Shown here in pieces: positions 32,942-44,038 of a DNA stretch of 64,000 bases. Made by a program: the position numbers and the translations under genes. The notes under the pieces are model-generated. The model was not told the DNA's origin. It saw nothing but the letters and a program-made list of their open reading frames with translations, and made no database searches. The stretch lies in assembly GCA_041660885.1 (NCBI GenBank), contig JBAZVM010000004.1:22423-86422 (forward strand). The letters run 5' to 3'. Position 1 is the stretch's first letter, and each line of letters starts with the position of its first letter. The stretch comes from Patescibacteria group bacterium. Its GTDB lineage: Bacteria > Patescibacteriota > Patescibacteriia > UBA9570 > JAHJKD01.

Positions 32942-34174
32942 TTTTCTATAATAAGTAATGGCAAAACGGTGCGCTTCATCGCGCATGCGCTGGAGCAAAA
33001 AATATCCGGCGGTATTCGGCTTCAGCCTCAGTGTGTCTTTCTGCTCCGCCTGATAAATTTCCTCTTCCCTTTTGGCCAAAGCGATAACCGGTATGTTGGC
33101 TTTTTTTATTAAGGACAGGCAAGCGGAAAGCTGGCCCGCGCCGCCATCGAGCATTATCAAATCCGGCCTGCCCCATTCGTTATGGCGCAGCCTTCTTTTT
33201 ATTACCTCTTTCATCATGGCCGTGTCATTGCTTTGGAAGACTGTTTTAATTTTGAACTTTCTATAATTATTTTTATCCGGCAAACCATTGGTAAAAACCA
33301 CCATGGAGCCAACCGCGAATTTTCCTTGAATATTGGAAATATCAAAAATCTCTACGCGCTTTAAGTTATTAAGCCGCAAACCAGCTGCCAATTGTTTTAA
33401 CCCTTGCGGAATATTCAAGTGCTTTTGCTCGTAATATTTTTTTAAGTAGTCTTCCGGCGTTTTTATTATTTCTTTTAAACGGTCTATGGCTTGGAGCTGA
33501 TTCCGATAAAGCGCCGCTTTTTCAAATTGCTCATGATGGGCGGCCGTGCGCATCTTTTTTTCCGTAATTTTATAGATAGCCTGATTTTTTCCTTCAAAAA
33601 AATCTATAGTTTTTTTAATCATGTTCTGGTACTGCTTTTGGCTGATTTTATTTTTGCATGGCGCGCTGCACCGGTTCATGTAAAATTCCAAGCATGGCTT
33701 CTTGGGCAATTTGTGGCAAGTGCGGAAAGGAAAAACGCGATGCAAAAGCTTATGTACTAAGCGCAGACTCTTGGCCGAAGGGTATGGCCCGAAAAAAGCC
33801 GAGCCATTCTTAAAGTTGGGTTGGCGTACCAACAATACTCTGGGATAATCCTCGGCCGTTATTTCCACGTATAAATAACCTTTATCGTCTTTGAGCATGA
33901 TATTAAAGCGCGGCTTGAATTTTTTAATGAGCTCATTTTCCAAAACTAAGGCGTCGTCTTCCGATTCCACTTTAATAATTTCCAAATCGTTAATCTGCCG
34001 GCGCATTATAATTTGCCAAGCGGTAGTTTCGCGGCTTTTTTGAAAATACGAACGCACGCGAGAACGCAGATTCTTGGCTTTTCCCACATATAATATATTC
34101 CGCTGCTTATTTTTAAATATATAAACACCGGGCGTTTTCGGCAGATTCTTTAGTTTTTTAGCCAGTTTATCCAT
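32915..34174 (-). CDS. uvrC: excinuclease ABC subunit C, short form lacking C-terminal (HhH)2
   Basis: GIY-YIG (GVYIFKNKQRNILYVGKAKNLRSRVRSY), UVR-like HEQFEKAALYRNQLQAI, and an endonuclease domain ending RDEAHRFAITYYRKLHRR, followed shortly by the stop. Start set at ATG 34174. Confidence 0.88.
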   Translation of the reverse strand: MDKLAKKLKNLPKTPGVYIFKNKQRNILYVGKAKNLRSRVRSYFQKSRETTAWQIIMRRQINDLEIIKVESEDDALVLENELIKKFKPRFNIMLKDDKGYLYVEITAEDYPRVLLVRQPNFKNGSAFFGPYPSAKSLRLVHKLLHRVFPFRTCHKLPKKPCLEFYMNRCSAPCKNKISQKQYQNMIKKTIDFFEGKNQAIYKITEKKMRTAAHHEQFEKAALYRNQLQAIDRLKEIIKTPEDYLKKYYEQKHLNIPQGLKQLAAGLRLNNLKRVEIFDISNIQGKFAVGSMVVFTNGLPDKNNYRKFKIKTVFQSNDTAMMKEVIKRRLRHNEWGRPDLIMLDGGAGQLSACLSLIKKANIPVIALAKREEEIYQAEQKDTLRLKPNTAGYFLLQRMRDEAHRFAITYYRKLHRRSLRV

Positions 34175-34202
34175 ATATATATTGTAGCACATCCGGCCAT
34201 GC

Positions 34203-34231
34203 TTGACCCTTTGCGCCAGATCGCGTATAAT
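34203..34231 (+). promoter_or_regulatory. consensus sigma70 promoter of uvrA
   Basis: TTGACC (34203-34208), 17 nt spacer, TATAAT (34226-34231). Confidence 0.6.
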
Positions 34232-34262
34232 ATCTTAGTTCAAAAATAAATATAACATTTCC

Positions 34263-37091
34263 ATGTCCAACAAAATATCCATAAAGGGCGCTCGAGTCAA
34301 CAACCTAAAAAACATTGACGTAGACATACCGAGAGACAAGCTCGTTGTTCTTACCGGCCTTTCAGGCTCGGGAAAATCCTCTTTGGCATTCGATACCATC
34401 TATGCCGAAGGCCAGCGCCGCTATGTGGAAAGCCTTTCTTCATACGCCAAGCAATTCTTGGGGCTTATGGACAAACCGGACGTGGATCAAATCGACGGCC
34501 TTTCCCCTGCCATTTCCATAGACCAAAAAACCGCTTCGCATAATCCGCGCTCCACCGTGGGCACGGTTACGGAAATTTACGATTACATGCGCTTGTTGTT
34601 CGCCAGAGTAGGCACGCCCCATTGCCCGCAATGCGGCCAGGAAATCAAACGCCAAACCAGGCAACAGATTATGAATAAGGTGATGCAAATCAACGGCGCG
34701 ATTTTAATTTTATCTCCTATTATCCGCGATAAAAAAGGCGAGCATAAAGCCGTGATCATGGAAGCAAGAAAAGCCGGATACACTAGATTGCGCATAGATG
34801 GCAATTTGTACCCCATTGAAGAAGCGGAAGAATTGAATTTGGACAAACAAAAAAAACATACCCTGGAAATGGTCATTGATCGCTTAACCATAGATAAAAA
34901 AATCGACAAAGAAAGATTGCACGAGTCCATTGAAACCGCTCTTGAGCTGGCCAACGGCCTGATTATCATTCATGATGTGGCCCACACTAAAGATGTCTTG
35001 TTTAGCGAACATTTTTCCTGCCCGAAATGCGATATCAGCATTGAAGAAGTGGAGCCGCGCTTGTTTTCCTTCAACAGCCCGCACGGCGCTTGCCCGGAAT
35101 GCACGGGTTTGGGCACCAAATTGGAAGTAGACGAAAATTTGGTGATACCCAATAAAAAACTTTCCATTGCCGAAGGCGCCATACGCCCTTGGTCGCGCAC
35201 TTCTTCCAGCCAAACCTGGATGATGCGCATTTTGGAAACCGTGGCTCAAGATAACGGTTTCTCCACGCGCACCGCGGTTAAAGACTTAGATAGAAAATCT
35301 TTAGACATTATATTACATGGCAGCGGAGATAAAAATTACGATGTGAACGCGCCTTTTGCCGCGGGCAAAGTAAAACAATTCTACACCAACTACGAAGGAG
35401 TAATCCCGAATTTGGAGCGCCGCTATAAAGAAACAGATTCCGAATATATGCGCGCGGAAATAGAACGCTACATGCGCATTTACGAATGCCCCTTATGCTT
35501 GGGCAAACGTTTAAAAAAAGAAGCTCTTTCCGTAACCATAGACAGCATAAATATTTATGATATCACTTCTTTACCTATTGAAAAAATTATTGCTTTTTTC
35601 AAGACTATAAAATTAGACGAGCGCTCTAAAAAAATCGCCAGCCAAATTTTAAAAGAAATTAACGAGCGTTTGCAATTCCTTTCCAAAGTTGGTCTTTCTT
35701 ATTTAACCTTAGACAGATCCGCTTCTACCCTTTCCGGCGGAGAAGCGCAAAGAATCCGCTTAGCCACGCAAATCGGCTCTTCTTTAATGGGCGTGGTTTA
35801 TATTTTAGACGAACCGTCTATCGGCTTGCACCAAAAAGACAACGCCAAATTAATTGATACTCTTAAAAAATTAAAGAATTTGGGCAATACGGTTATAGTA
35901 GTGGAGCACGACGAAGAAACCATTCTGGCGGCAGACTGGGTGATAGACATCGGCCCCGGAGCCGGCCATGACGGCGGAAAAATAGTGGCTGAAGGCACGC
36001 CCAATGACATTAAAAAGAACAGAAACTCTTTAACCGGAAAATATTTAGCGGGAAAATTAAGCATTCCCGCGCCGAAAAAATACAGAAACGGAAACAAGAA
36101 AGCCATTATCATCAAAGGCGCGGAAGAGTTTAATCTTAAAAAGATTGACGTATCTATACCGTTAGGAAAACTGGTTTGCATTACCGGCGTTTCCGGTTCG
36201 GGTAAGTCCACTTTAATGACTGAGATCCTGGCCAAAGCTTTGGCCCAGCATTTTTATAATGCCAAAGACGCGCCGGGACATCACCAAGAAATATTAGGGC
36301 TTGATAATTTGGATAAAATAATTCATATCGACCAATCGCCCATTGGACGCACCCCCCGTTCCAACCCCGCCACTTACACGGGCGTATTCACTTACATCCG
36401 CGATTTATTCACGCAAATACCCGAGGCGAAAATGCGCGGTTACAAAGCCGGCCGCTTTTCGTTTAATGTTAAGGGTGGCAGGTGCGAAGCTTGCCAAGGA
36501 GATGGCGTACAAAGAATTGAAATGCACTTCTTGCCTGATGTTTATATAAAATGCGACGAATGCAATGGCCAGCGCTATAACAAGCAAGCTTTGGACATTC
36601 ATTATAAAGGAAAAAATATTTCCGATGTGCTGAACATGCCCGTGGAAGAAGCTTATCAATTCTTCAGCAATGTGCCGAACATTCGGGAGAAGCTGAAAAC
36701 TTTACGCGATGTGGGATTGGGTTATATCAAGCTCGGGCAAAACGCCACCACTCTTTCCGGCGGTGAAGCCCAGCGCGTAAAATTGGCCGCGGAACTTTCT
36801 CGCCGTTCCACGGGAAAAACTCTTTACTTGCTGGATGAGCCGACCACTGGTTTGCATTTCGACGATGTAAAAAGATTACTTAGTGTTTTAGACAAGCTGG
36901 TAGATAAAGGCAACAGCGTACTGATTATTGAACACAATTTAGATGTGATAAAATCCGCTGATTGGATTATCGATTTAGGCCCGGACGGCGGAGACAAGGG
37001 CGGTTATTTAGTAGCCGAAGGCACGCCCATCACGGTGGCTAAAAACCCGCGCTCCTACACCGGACAATATTTAAAAAAATGTCTAGCCTAG
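34263..37091 (+). CDS. uvrA: excinuclease ABC subunit A
   Basis: Two ABC modules ([28 protein letters not shown]; [10 protein letters not shown]), zinc-finger Cys clusters and LSGGEAQR twice. 942 aa. Confidence 0.97.
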   Translation: MSNKISIKGARVNNLKNIDVDIPRDKLVVLTGLSGSGKSSLAFDTIYAEGQRRYVESLSSYAKQFLGLMDKPDVDQIDGLSPAISIDQKTASHNPRSTVGTVTEIYDYMRLLFARVGTPHCPQCGQEIKRQTRQQIMNKVMQINGAILILSPIIRDKKGEHKAVIMEARKAGYTRLRIDGNLYPIEEAEELNLDKQKKHTLEMVIDRLTIDKKIDKERLHESIETALELANGLIIIHDVAHTKDVLFSEHFSCPKCDISIEEVEPRLFSFNSPHGACPECTGLGTKLEVDENLVIPNKKLSIAEGAIRPWSRTSSSQTWMMRILETVAQDNGFSTRTAVKDLDRKSLDIILHGSGDKNYDVNAPFAAGKVKQFYTNYEGVIPNLERRYKETDSEYMRAEIERYMRIYECPLCLGKRLKKEALSVTIDSINIYDITSLPIEKIIAFFKTIKLDERSKKIASQILKEINERLQFLSKVGLSYLTLDRSASTLSGGEAQRIRLATQIGSSLMGVVYILDEPSIGLHQKDNAKLIDTLKKLKNLGNTVIVVEHDEETILAADWVIDIGPGAGHDGGKIVAEGTPNDIKKNRNSLTGKYLAGKLSIPAPKKYRNGNKKAIIIKGAEEFNLKKIDVSIPLGKLVCITGVSGSGKSTLMTEILAKALAQHFYNAKDAPGHHQEILGLDNLDKIIHIDQSPIGRTPRSNPATYTGVFTYIRDLFTQIPEAKMRGYKAGRFSFNVKGGRCEACQGDGVQRIEMHFLPDVYIKCDECNGQRYNKQALDIHYKGKNISDVLNMPVEEAYQFFSNVPNIREKLKTLRDVGLGYIKLGQNATTLSGGEAQRVKLAAELSRRSTGKTLYLLDEPTTGLHFDDVKRLLSVLDKLVDKGNSVLIIEHNLDVIKSADWIIDLGPDGGDKGGYLVAEGTPITVAKNPRSYTGQYLKKCLA

Positions 37092-38002
37092 AACAATCAA
37101 TTTATAAGACTCTCGCTTTTTTTGATATTTTTGAATACCCCCTTTCCCTCATGGAATTACATAAATGGCTGTGGTGTGATGATAATGTAAAGACGCATTG
37201 CAATGCGTCTTTATCGGAGATCCAAACAATCGCAGACGCGATGCCTCAAATCAGTAAAAAAAACGGTTTTTATTTTTTGTTAGGAAAAGAAAAAAACATT
37301 GCCACGCGCCAGCAGCGCTATTTGATCGCGGAAAAAAAATTCAAAAAACGCGCGCTTGTTTTGCGCTTGCTTTGTTTGATGCCGCAGGTAAAAATGCTGG
37401 GCATATGCAACTCTTTGGCTTTCAGCAACGCGCGGGAAGAAAGCGATATTGATATTTTCATTATCACGGAAAAAAATAAAATTTATACGGCGCGCCTTTT
37501 TACAGCGGGCTTGTTGAGCCTTTTTCGCTTAAGGCCGAATAAAAATAAAACCAAGAATACTTTATGCTTGAGCTTTTTCGCGGATAGCGAACATTTAAAC
37601 ATGGAAAAATTGCAATGTCTGCCGAACGACATCTATTTAAAATATTGGGTTACGCAGATTTTTCCCATGTATGATGCGAAAAATTATTTCCAAAGTTTTA
37701 TTGAGGCCAATGTCTGGATAAAAAAATTCTTGCCTAATTGGCTGCCCAAACACCCGGTTTATCGCCGAAGAATAGAACTCTCCGGCTTGGAAAAATTTAT
37801 GAAAAAGATATTATCTTTATTTTCTTTTGAGAGTTTCTATAAAAAAATCCAGCTGAAAATTCTTTCCCCGGAATTAAAAAAAATGCAGAATAAAGATACG
37901 CGCGTAATTATCTCTGACAGTATTTTAAAGCTGTATCCGCTGGATAGGAGAGAAAAATATTTCAAAGAATGGGAAAACAGATGCTTGACATCAAGCAAAT
38001 AA
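37079..38002 (+). CDS. hypothetical protein with nucleotidyltransferase-fold-like motif
   Basis: [23 protein letters not shown] resembles the GS-x(n)-D-x-D motif of Pol-beta-type NTases. Otherwise unrecognised. Overlaps uvrA by 13 nt. Confidence 0.5.
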   Translation: MSSLEQSIYKTLAFFDIFEYPLSLMELHKWLWCDDNVKTHCNASLSEIQTIADAMPQISKKNGFYFLLGKEKNIATRQQRYLIAEKKFKKRALVLRLLCLMPQVKMLGICNSLAFSNAREESDIDIFIITEKNKIYTARLFTAGLLSLFRLRPNKNKTKNTLCLSFFADSEHLNMEKLQCLPNDIYLKYWVTQIFPMYDAKNYFQSFIEANVWIKKFLPNWLPKHPVYRRRIELSGLEKFMKKILSLFSFESFYKKIQLKILSPELKKMQNKDTRVIISDSILKLYPLDRREKYFKEWENRCLTSSK

Positions 38003-38024
38003 TTGCCTAATATAGCTTATACAT

Positions 38025-38096
38025 CGCGGGGTAGAGCAGTGGCAGCTCGGCTGGCTCATAACCAGCAGGTCGGTGGTTCGACTCCACCCCCCGCAA
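38025..38096 (+). tRNA. initiator tRNA-fMet (anticodon CAT)
   Basis: The 5' end is CGCGGGG and the 3' end CCCCGCA-A, giving the C1xA72 mismatch typical of bacterial initiators. Anticodon loop CTCATAA, T-arm GGTGG-TTCGACT-CCACC. No CCA encoded. Confidence 0.9.
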
Positions 38097-38101
38097 CATT
38101 C

Positions 38102-38128
38102 AAAAATCCCGCCATGGCGGGATTTTTT
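38102..38128 (+). terminator. tRNA terminator
   Basis: ATCCCGCC-AT-GGCGGGAT followed by TTTTT. Confidence 0.8.
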
Positions 38129-38157
38129 AACTTAATTATTTAAACGAATAATTTTTT

Positions 38158-38198
38158 GGCGGCGGGAACTGAGTGTGATGTGTCACTCTCCCGCGCCC
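38158..38198 (-). other. 3' stem-loop after GC-rich ORF 38202..38483
   Basis: GGCGGCGGGAACTGAGTG-TGATGTGT-CACTCTCCCGCGCCC (imperfect), directly after the TAG stop. Confidence 0.5.
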
Positions 38199-38201
38199 TC
38201 C

Positions 38202-38483
38202 CTACTTCTTCCTCCTCCTCTTCCACGCGATCTCAACCCTCTGGAGGGTCAAGAGGAGCCCTCCGAGCTCGGTGTCCCTTTCATCTCGTCTGTCGATCAG
38301 ATGTTGATAGATTTCCGTCCAGTTGAAGTTCCCGAACTGATCCTTGCCCGGGAGGAACTCCGGATCGATCTGTCCGACAGCGGCATAGGCCGCGTCGAAC
38401 AGCTCCTCCAGTTCGGGCAGCGCCAGCCGCGCAATTACACTAGACTCGATGCCAATAATCTGTGGGATCGTGAACGCCATCAT
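38202..38483 (-). CDS. GC-rich small hypothetical protein (93 aa)
   Basis: SD-like AAAGGGGTGAT precedes ATGATG (38483). Hand GC count is 39/60 for nt 38341-38400. Sequence MMAFTIPQIIGIESS...WKRRRKK. No family recognised. Confidence 0.55.
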   Translation of the reverse strand: MMAFTIPQIIGIESSVIARLALPELEELFDAAYAAVGQIDPEFLPGKDQFGNFNWTEIYQHLIDRRDERDTELGGLLLTLQRVEIAWKRRRKK

Positions 38484-38590
38484 ATCACCCCTTTGGTTAG
38501 ATGGTTGATAAAATATAACCATAATAATAAAAATGCCGCAAGTTTATAATTGCGGACATTCATATTAAAAGTAATAAATTTTGAACTGCT

Positions 38591-38624
38591 GCCGGGATCG
38601 TAGTTGTGATGCTACTTACCCGGC
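38591..38624 (-). other. 3' stem-loop after GC-rich ORF 38639..38836
   Basis: GCCGGGATCGTAG-TTGTGATG-CTACTTACCCGGC. The loop shares TGTGATG with the 38158-38198 hairpin. Confidence 0.5.
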
Positions 38625-38638
38625 TCCCCCTTGATGTT

Positions 38639-38836
38639 CTACCCCTCGTACCACTCGGACTCACTGTATGGGACAAGGCTGGCACTCATGCCGAGATGGT
38701 CGACAAGCTCCCTTTTTTCCCTCGCAGTCATGTCGCGCCACTCCTCCAGACCGCCAGCCATTTCCTCGAGATACTCCTGGTCTATGAGATCATCGGCGAC
38801 CAGTTCCTCGTCCGAGTAATTTCTCGTTCTTTGCAC
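38639..38836 (-). CDS. GC-rich small acidic hypothetical protein (65 aa)
   Basis: GGAGGTGA, then GCC, then GTG start (38847-38834). Acidic sequence ending PYSESEWYEG. Confidence 0.55.
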   Translation of the reverse strand: MQRTRNYSDEELVADDLIDQEYLEEMAGGLEEWRDMTAREKRELVDHLGMSASLVPYSESEWYEG

Positions 38837-38900
38837 GGCTCACCTCCTATTGTATGGAGCGCCGCGGGTATAAACTACTATTTATATGCAATCTGGTCAA

Positions 38901-38930
38901 CTGTAGACGCGATTAATCGCGTCTCTACAG
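38901..38930. promoter_or_regulatory. 13-bp-arm palindrome in divergent intergenic region (candidate operator)
   Basis: CTGTAGACGCGAT-TA-ATCGCGTCT(CT)ACAG. The right arm lies about 16 nt upstream of the TAGAAT at 38947-38952, where a -35 would sit. Confidence 0.45.
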
Positions 38931-38958
38931 AAATCATAATTTATTGTAGAATATATAC

Positions 38959-39849
38959 ATGGCTGACTTTAAGAATATCCTCATAATCTATAACCCTATT
39001 TCCGGGCATATGTTCCGCCATTGGAATGATAGAAAAATCATCCAAAAGTTTTTTGACAGAAAAAAAATATCATACACTTGGTTGGAAACCAAAGCGGAAA
39101 GCAACAAAGAAATAGAAGCGGAATTATTAAAAGAATACGATCGCGTGCTGGTGGCGGGCGGAGACGGAACAATTCGCTCGGTAGCGCACTATATTATAAA
39201 AAACCATATTAACACCCCTTTGGGCATTATTCCTTTCGGTACCATGAATTTCTTCGCCTTGGCCTTGGGCATTCCCCTGCCTTTAAAATGGGCGCTGGAG
39301 TTTTTTTATAAAAATGAACCGGTGGCGTTTGACGCGGGTTTGGTAAACAACGAAAAATATTTTTTCGTGGCTTGCGGCGCGCATTTCGATGCCAAATTCA
39401 TAAAAGCCACTACCAGAAATATGAAAAAATTTTTTGGCGCCTTGGCTTATTTTATTATTGCTACGAGTAAAGCCTATAATAAAGACCGAGTTTCCGGAAA
39501 ATTAAAGATCGATGGACAAGATAGAAATATAACCTTTTCCACCTTCGTGGTTTTCAATATCCGTTCCGCCATCAGCCGCCGCAAACATTTTATTTTAAAA
39601 ATTCATCCCGGATATTTTGATGTACTGATCGCGGATATGGTTACCGTGCCGACAGCTCTAAGATTGATTCACAAACTGTTAAGAAGAAACAAGCCTCAAT
39701 ATAAAGACCTGGAATTACTGCAAGGAAAAAACATTGATTTAGTTCTAAAAAGAGAAGTGCTGTTTCAAATGGATGGGGAAGTTTGGCAGGGAGATCATTT
39801 AGACATCCGTATCATTCCTAATGCCATAAAAATAATCGGCCATCGCTAA
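38959..39849 (+). CDS. diacylglycerol kinase-family lipid kinase (YegS/BmrU-like)
   Basis: ILIIYNPISG, VLVAGGDGTIRSVA and LGIIPFGTMNFFA motifs. Confidence 0.85.
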   Translation: MADFKNILIIYNPISGHMFRHWNDRKIIQKFFDRKKISYTWLETKAESNKEIEAELLKEYDRVLVAGGDGTIRSVAHYIIKNHINTPLGIIPFGTMNFFALALGIPLPLKWALEFFYKNEPVAFDAGLVNNEKYFFVACGAHFDAKFIKATTRNMKKFFGALAYFIIATSKAYNKDRVSGKLKIDGQDRNITFSTFVVFNIRSAISRRKHFILKIHPGYFDVLIADMVTVPTALRLIHKLLRRNKPQYKDLELLQGKNIDLVLKREVLFQMDGEVWQGDHLDIRIIPNAIKIIGHR

Positions 39850-39850
39850 T

Positions 39851-41155
39851 ATGTTTATAAAAAAGCTTAAAAATTCCCCTTTCTGGTACAGAACTCTCAC
39901 TGAATCTTTATTCTATTTATTTTTATTTCTGCTTCCTTGGCAAACGCGCTATATCGTGGAACAAGGATATTTGAACGGAGGTATGTGGGAATATGGCACC
40001 TTTAGCTTATATGGCACGGATATTTTATTATTACTGATTTTTCTTTTAGCGATTTTTTATCATTATTACGCAACCAACCATAAGCCGCGGCCGATTGCTA
40101 ATTACCTTCCCTTTCTGGCTTTTTTGCTTATTTCTTTTTTATCTTTATATTGGTCCATTAATCAAGAAATAGCTTTTTATTATTGGCTAAGATTATTAGG
40201 AGCAGCGATTTTGCTATATATAATTTTTAAAATCAATATAAATTTCCGAAAAGCCGGAGCCAGCTTGGTGATTGCCGGGTTGGTGCAAGCGGAACTGGCA
40301 ATTTTTCAATTTTTCCAACAAAATGTTTTTGCTAATAAATGGCTGGGCATGAGCGAACATTCCCCGGATGTTTTAGGCGATCAAGTGGTGGAAACCCTGG
40401 AAGGCAGATACCTCCGCGCCTATGGTTCATTGCCACACCCTAATATGCTGGCCGGACTTTTAGTGCTTAGCCTTTTTTTATTGGTGTTCTTTTATTTAAC
40501 CAGCAAACAAAGATACCAAAAAATATTTTGCTGCGTGGCTTTGCCCCTGTTAAGCGCCGGCTTATTTTTTACCTTTTGCCGCGCGGCGTTTATCGGTTTT
40601 GGCGTGGCTTGGGTGTTTGCCTTTTTATTAATATTTTGGAAGCAGAAAAAATATCGCGTGGATTTTTTAAAGCTCACTGTTTTTATCACCTTGGTTATTG
40701 GCGTCTTGGCCATTATTTATCCCAGCTTGATTTTCAGCCGCGTGGGCGAAATCACCAGATTGGAAAAAAAATCTATCACGGAAAGAGCTTCGTACCAGCA
40801 GGAAAGTTTGGAAATTATAAAAAACAATTGGCCCACGGGTATTGGTTTGGGAAATTATACACAATACACTCATGACAACACCCAAGAAAATCTGAAAGCC
40901 TATGCTTATCAGCCGGTGCATAATATTTATTTATTGATTATGTCGGAACTGGGAATTTTCGGTTTTATAATCTTTATCTTGATAATAACCGGCGCTTTTA
41001 GAAATTTTAATTTTAAGAAGATAGAAACAATCATCGTCGGCATTTCGGTTGTGGCCATGCTGGCCGCCGGATTTTTTGACCATTATTTTTTTACCTTATA
41101 TTTTGGCATGTTGCTTTTTTGGCTGCCCATTGGTTTATTGTATAAATCGCAATAA
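39851..41155 (+). CDS. polytopic membrane protein, O-antigen ligase/polymerase-like
   Basis: At least 10 hydrophobic segments. A central loop plus the FTFCRAAFIGFG region resembles Wzy_C-type proteins. This is a pattern-level call only. Confidence 0.6.
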   Translation: MFIKKLKNSPFWYRTLTESLFYLFLFLLPWQTRYIVEQGYLNGGMWEYGTFSLYGTDILLLLIFLLAIFYHYYATNHKPRPIANYLPFLAFLLISFLSLYWSINQEIAFYYWLRLLGAAILLYIIFKININFRKAGASLVIAGLVQAELAIFQFFQQNVFANKWLGMSEHSPDVLGDQVVETLEGRYLRAYGSLPHPNMLAGLLVLSLFLLVFFYLTSKQRYQKIFCCVALPLLSAGLFFTFCRAAFIGFGVAWVFAFLLIFWKQKKYRVDFLKLTVFITLVIGVLAIIYPSLIFSRVGEITRLEKKSITERASYQQESLEIIKNNWPTGIGLGNYTQYTHDNTQENLKAYAYQPVHNIYLLIMSELGIFGFIIFILIITGAFRNFNFKKIETIIVGISVVAMLAAGFFDHYFFTLYFGMLLFWLPIGLLYKSQ

Positions 41156-41176
41156 AATTGTGGATTAAGGGGGGTC

Positions 41177-41205
41177 TTGACCAGTTTTTAACTTTGCATT
41201 AATAT
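41177..41205 (+). promoter_or_regulatory. groESL promoter
   Basis: TTGACC (41177-41182), 17 nt spacer, TAATAT (41200-41205). Confidence 0.6.
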
Positions 41206-41208
41206 ACA

Positions 41209-41235
41209 TTAGCACTCTCAATACTTAAGTGCTAA
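41209..41235 (+). promoter_or_regulatory. CIRCE operator (HrcA binding site)
   Basis: TTAGCACTC-N9-AAGTGCTAA, one mismatch from the consensus TTAGCACTC-N9-GAGTGCTAA. It lies immediately after the -10 box. Confidence 0.85.
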
Positions 41236-41263
41236 TTTAATAATAATTAACCAATAAATACGT

Positions 41264-41542
41264 ATGAAAATCCAACCATTGGGTGATCGCATTTTAGTAA
41301 AACCCATGACCGAAGAAGAAACCACCAAATCCGGAATAATTTTACCGGACACGGTAGATAAAGAAAAAAAAGCCCAAGGCGAAATACTAGCCATTGGCAA
41401 AGGAGAAAAAATCGCCAAATTGGAATTAAAAGAAGGCGATAAAGTGATATTCGGAAAATACGCCGGCGATGAAATAGAGCTGGACGATAAAAAAGAATAT
41501 AAATTTTTAAAGTACGATGAAATCTTAGCAGTCATTAAATAA
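41264..41542 (+). CDS. groES: co-chaperonin GroES
   Basis: [14 protein letters not shown]...GIILPD. 92 aa. Confidence 0.97.
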   Translation: MKIQPLGDRILVKPMTEEETTKSGIILPDTVDKEKKAQGEILAIGKGEKIAKLELKEGDKVIFGKYAGDEIELDDKKEYKFLKYDEILAVIK

Positions 41543-43222
<1,680 letters not shown>

Positions 43223-43240
43223 TTTTTATTAAACTTTCTT

Positions 43241-43272
43241 AAAACCCCGTTTAAAAAGCGGGGTTTTATTTT
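43241..43272 (+). terminator. groEL terminator
   Basis: CCCCGTTT-AAA-AAGCGGGG followed by TTTTATTTTT. Confidence 0.75.
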
Positions 43273-43274
43273 TA

Positions 43275-43715
43275 TTGTTTTTTTGGTATAATACAGAAGT
43301 GATAAAACAGGAAACTAAAATCAATTACTATGTTAATCTGCTTTGGTGGCCTATTTTATTGGCTTTAGTGTTTGAGGTGGCTTCCTTATTTACCGCCAAC
43401 GCTGATTCATTGATACTGGCGGCCGATATTATCCTGATATTTTACTTGCTCGTTAAAACAAAAGTATCCGATTACAAACTGGCGATTTGGCTGAACGGTT
43501 TAATTATATTCTTTATCGCCTTGGCCGTGGCTATTGTGGAATTTTTAATAAATTTAAAATTCTATAATCTGTTTAATATAATTGTCGAGCCGATTATCTA
43601 CGGATCCGGAGCCGCGTTAATGAGTAGCTGTTTAATTTTGATATTAAATAAATTTAAATTACGCCCCCTAGCCGGTGGCGTCAAGAAAGGAGGTGAAGAA
43701 CATGGCCGAAAATAA
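43275..43715 (+). CDS. small polytopic membrane protein
   Basis: Four hydrophobic segments. The true start may be GTG 43299, 6 nt after an extended -10 box TGGTATAAT (43284-43292). Confidence 0.6.
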   Translation: MFFWYNTEVIKQETKINYYVNLLWWPILLALVFEVASLFTANADSLILAADIILIFYLLVKTKVSDYKLAIWLNGLIIFFIALAVAIVEFLINLKFYNLFNIIVEPIIYGSGAALMSSCLILILNKFKLRPLAGGVKKGGEEHGRK

Positions 43716-44022
43716 AGTAGAAGAAAAATTTGATGCGAAAGATGTGGAAGAAAACAAAGCGATTGCTTGTTTAAGCTACATCGGTATCTTATTTTTAATT
43801 CCGTTGCTCGCGAAAAAAGAATCTAAATTTTGCCAAGCCAACGCTAAACAAGGCATGGCTCTATTCATATGCGAGGTGATATTAGCTATTATCCCTTACT
43901 TAGGTTGGTTAGCAGAATTGGCTTTAATCGTGGTAGCTATCATCTGCATTATCAATACCCTTCAGGGCAAATTATGGCAGATTCCGGGATTATATAATCT
44001 ATCCAAAAAGTGGAATTTTTAA
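43702..44022 (+). CDS. small membrane protein (DUF4870-like pattern)
   Basis: AAAGGAGGTGA SD before ATG 43702. KAIACLSYIGILFLIPLL followed by a second TM segment. Confidence 0.6.
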   Translation: MAENKVEEKFDAKDVEENKAIACLSYIGILFLIPLLAKKESKFCQANAKQGMALFICEVILAIIPYLGWLAELALIVVAIICIINTLQGKLWQIPGLYNLSKKWNF

Positions 44023-44038
44023 AAACACGGATATATAA

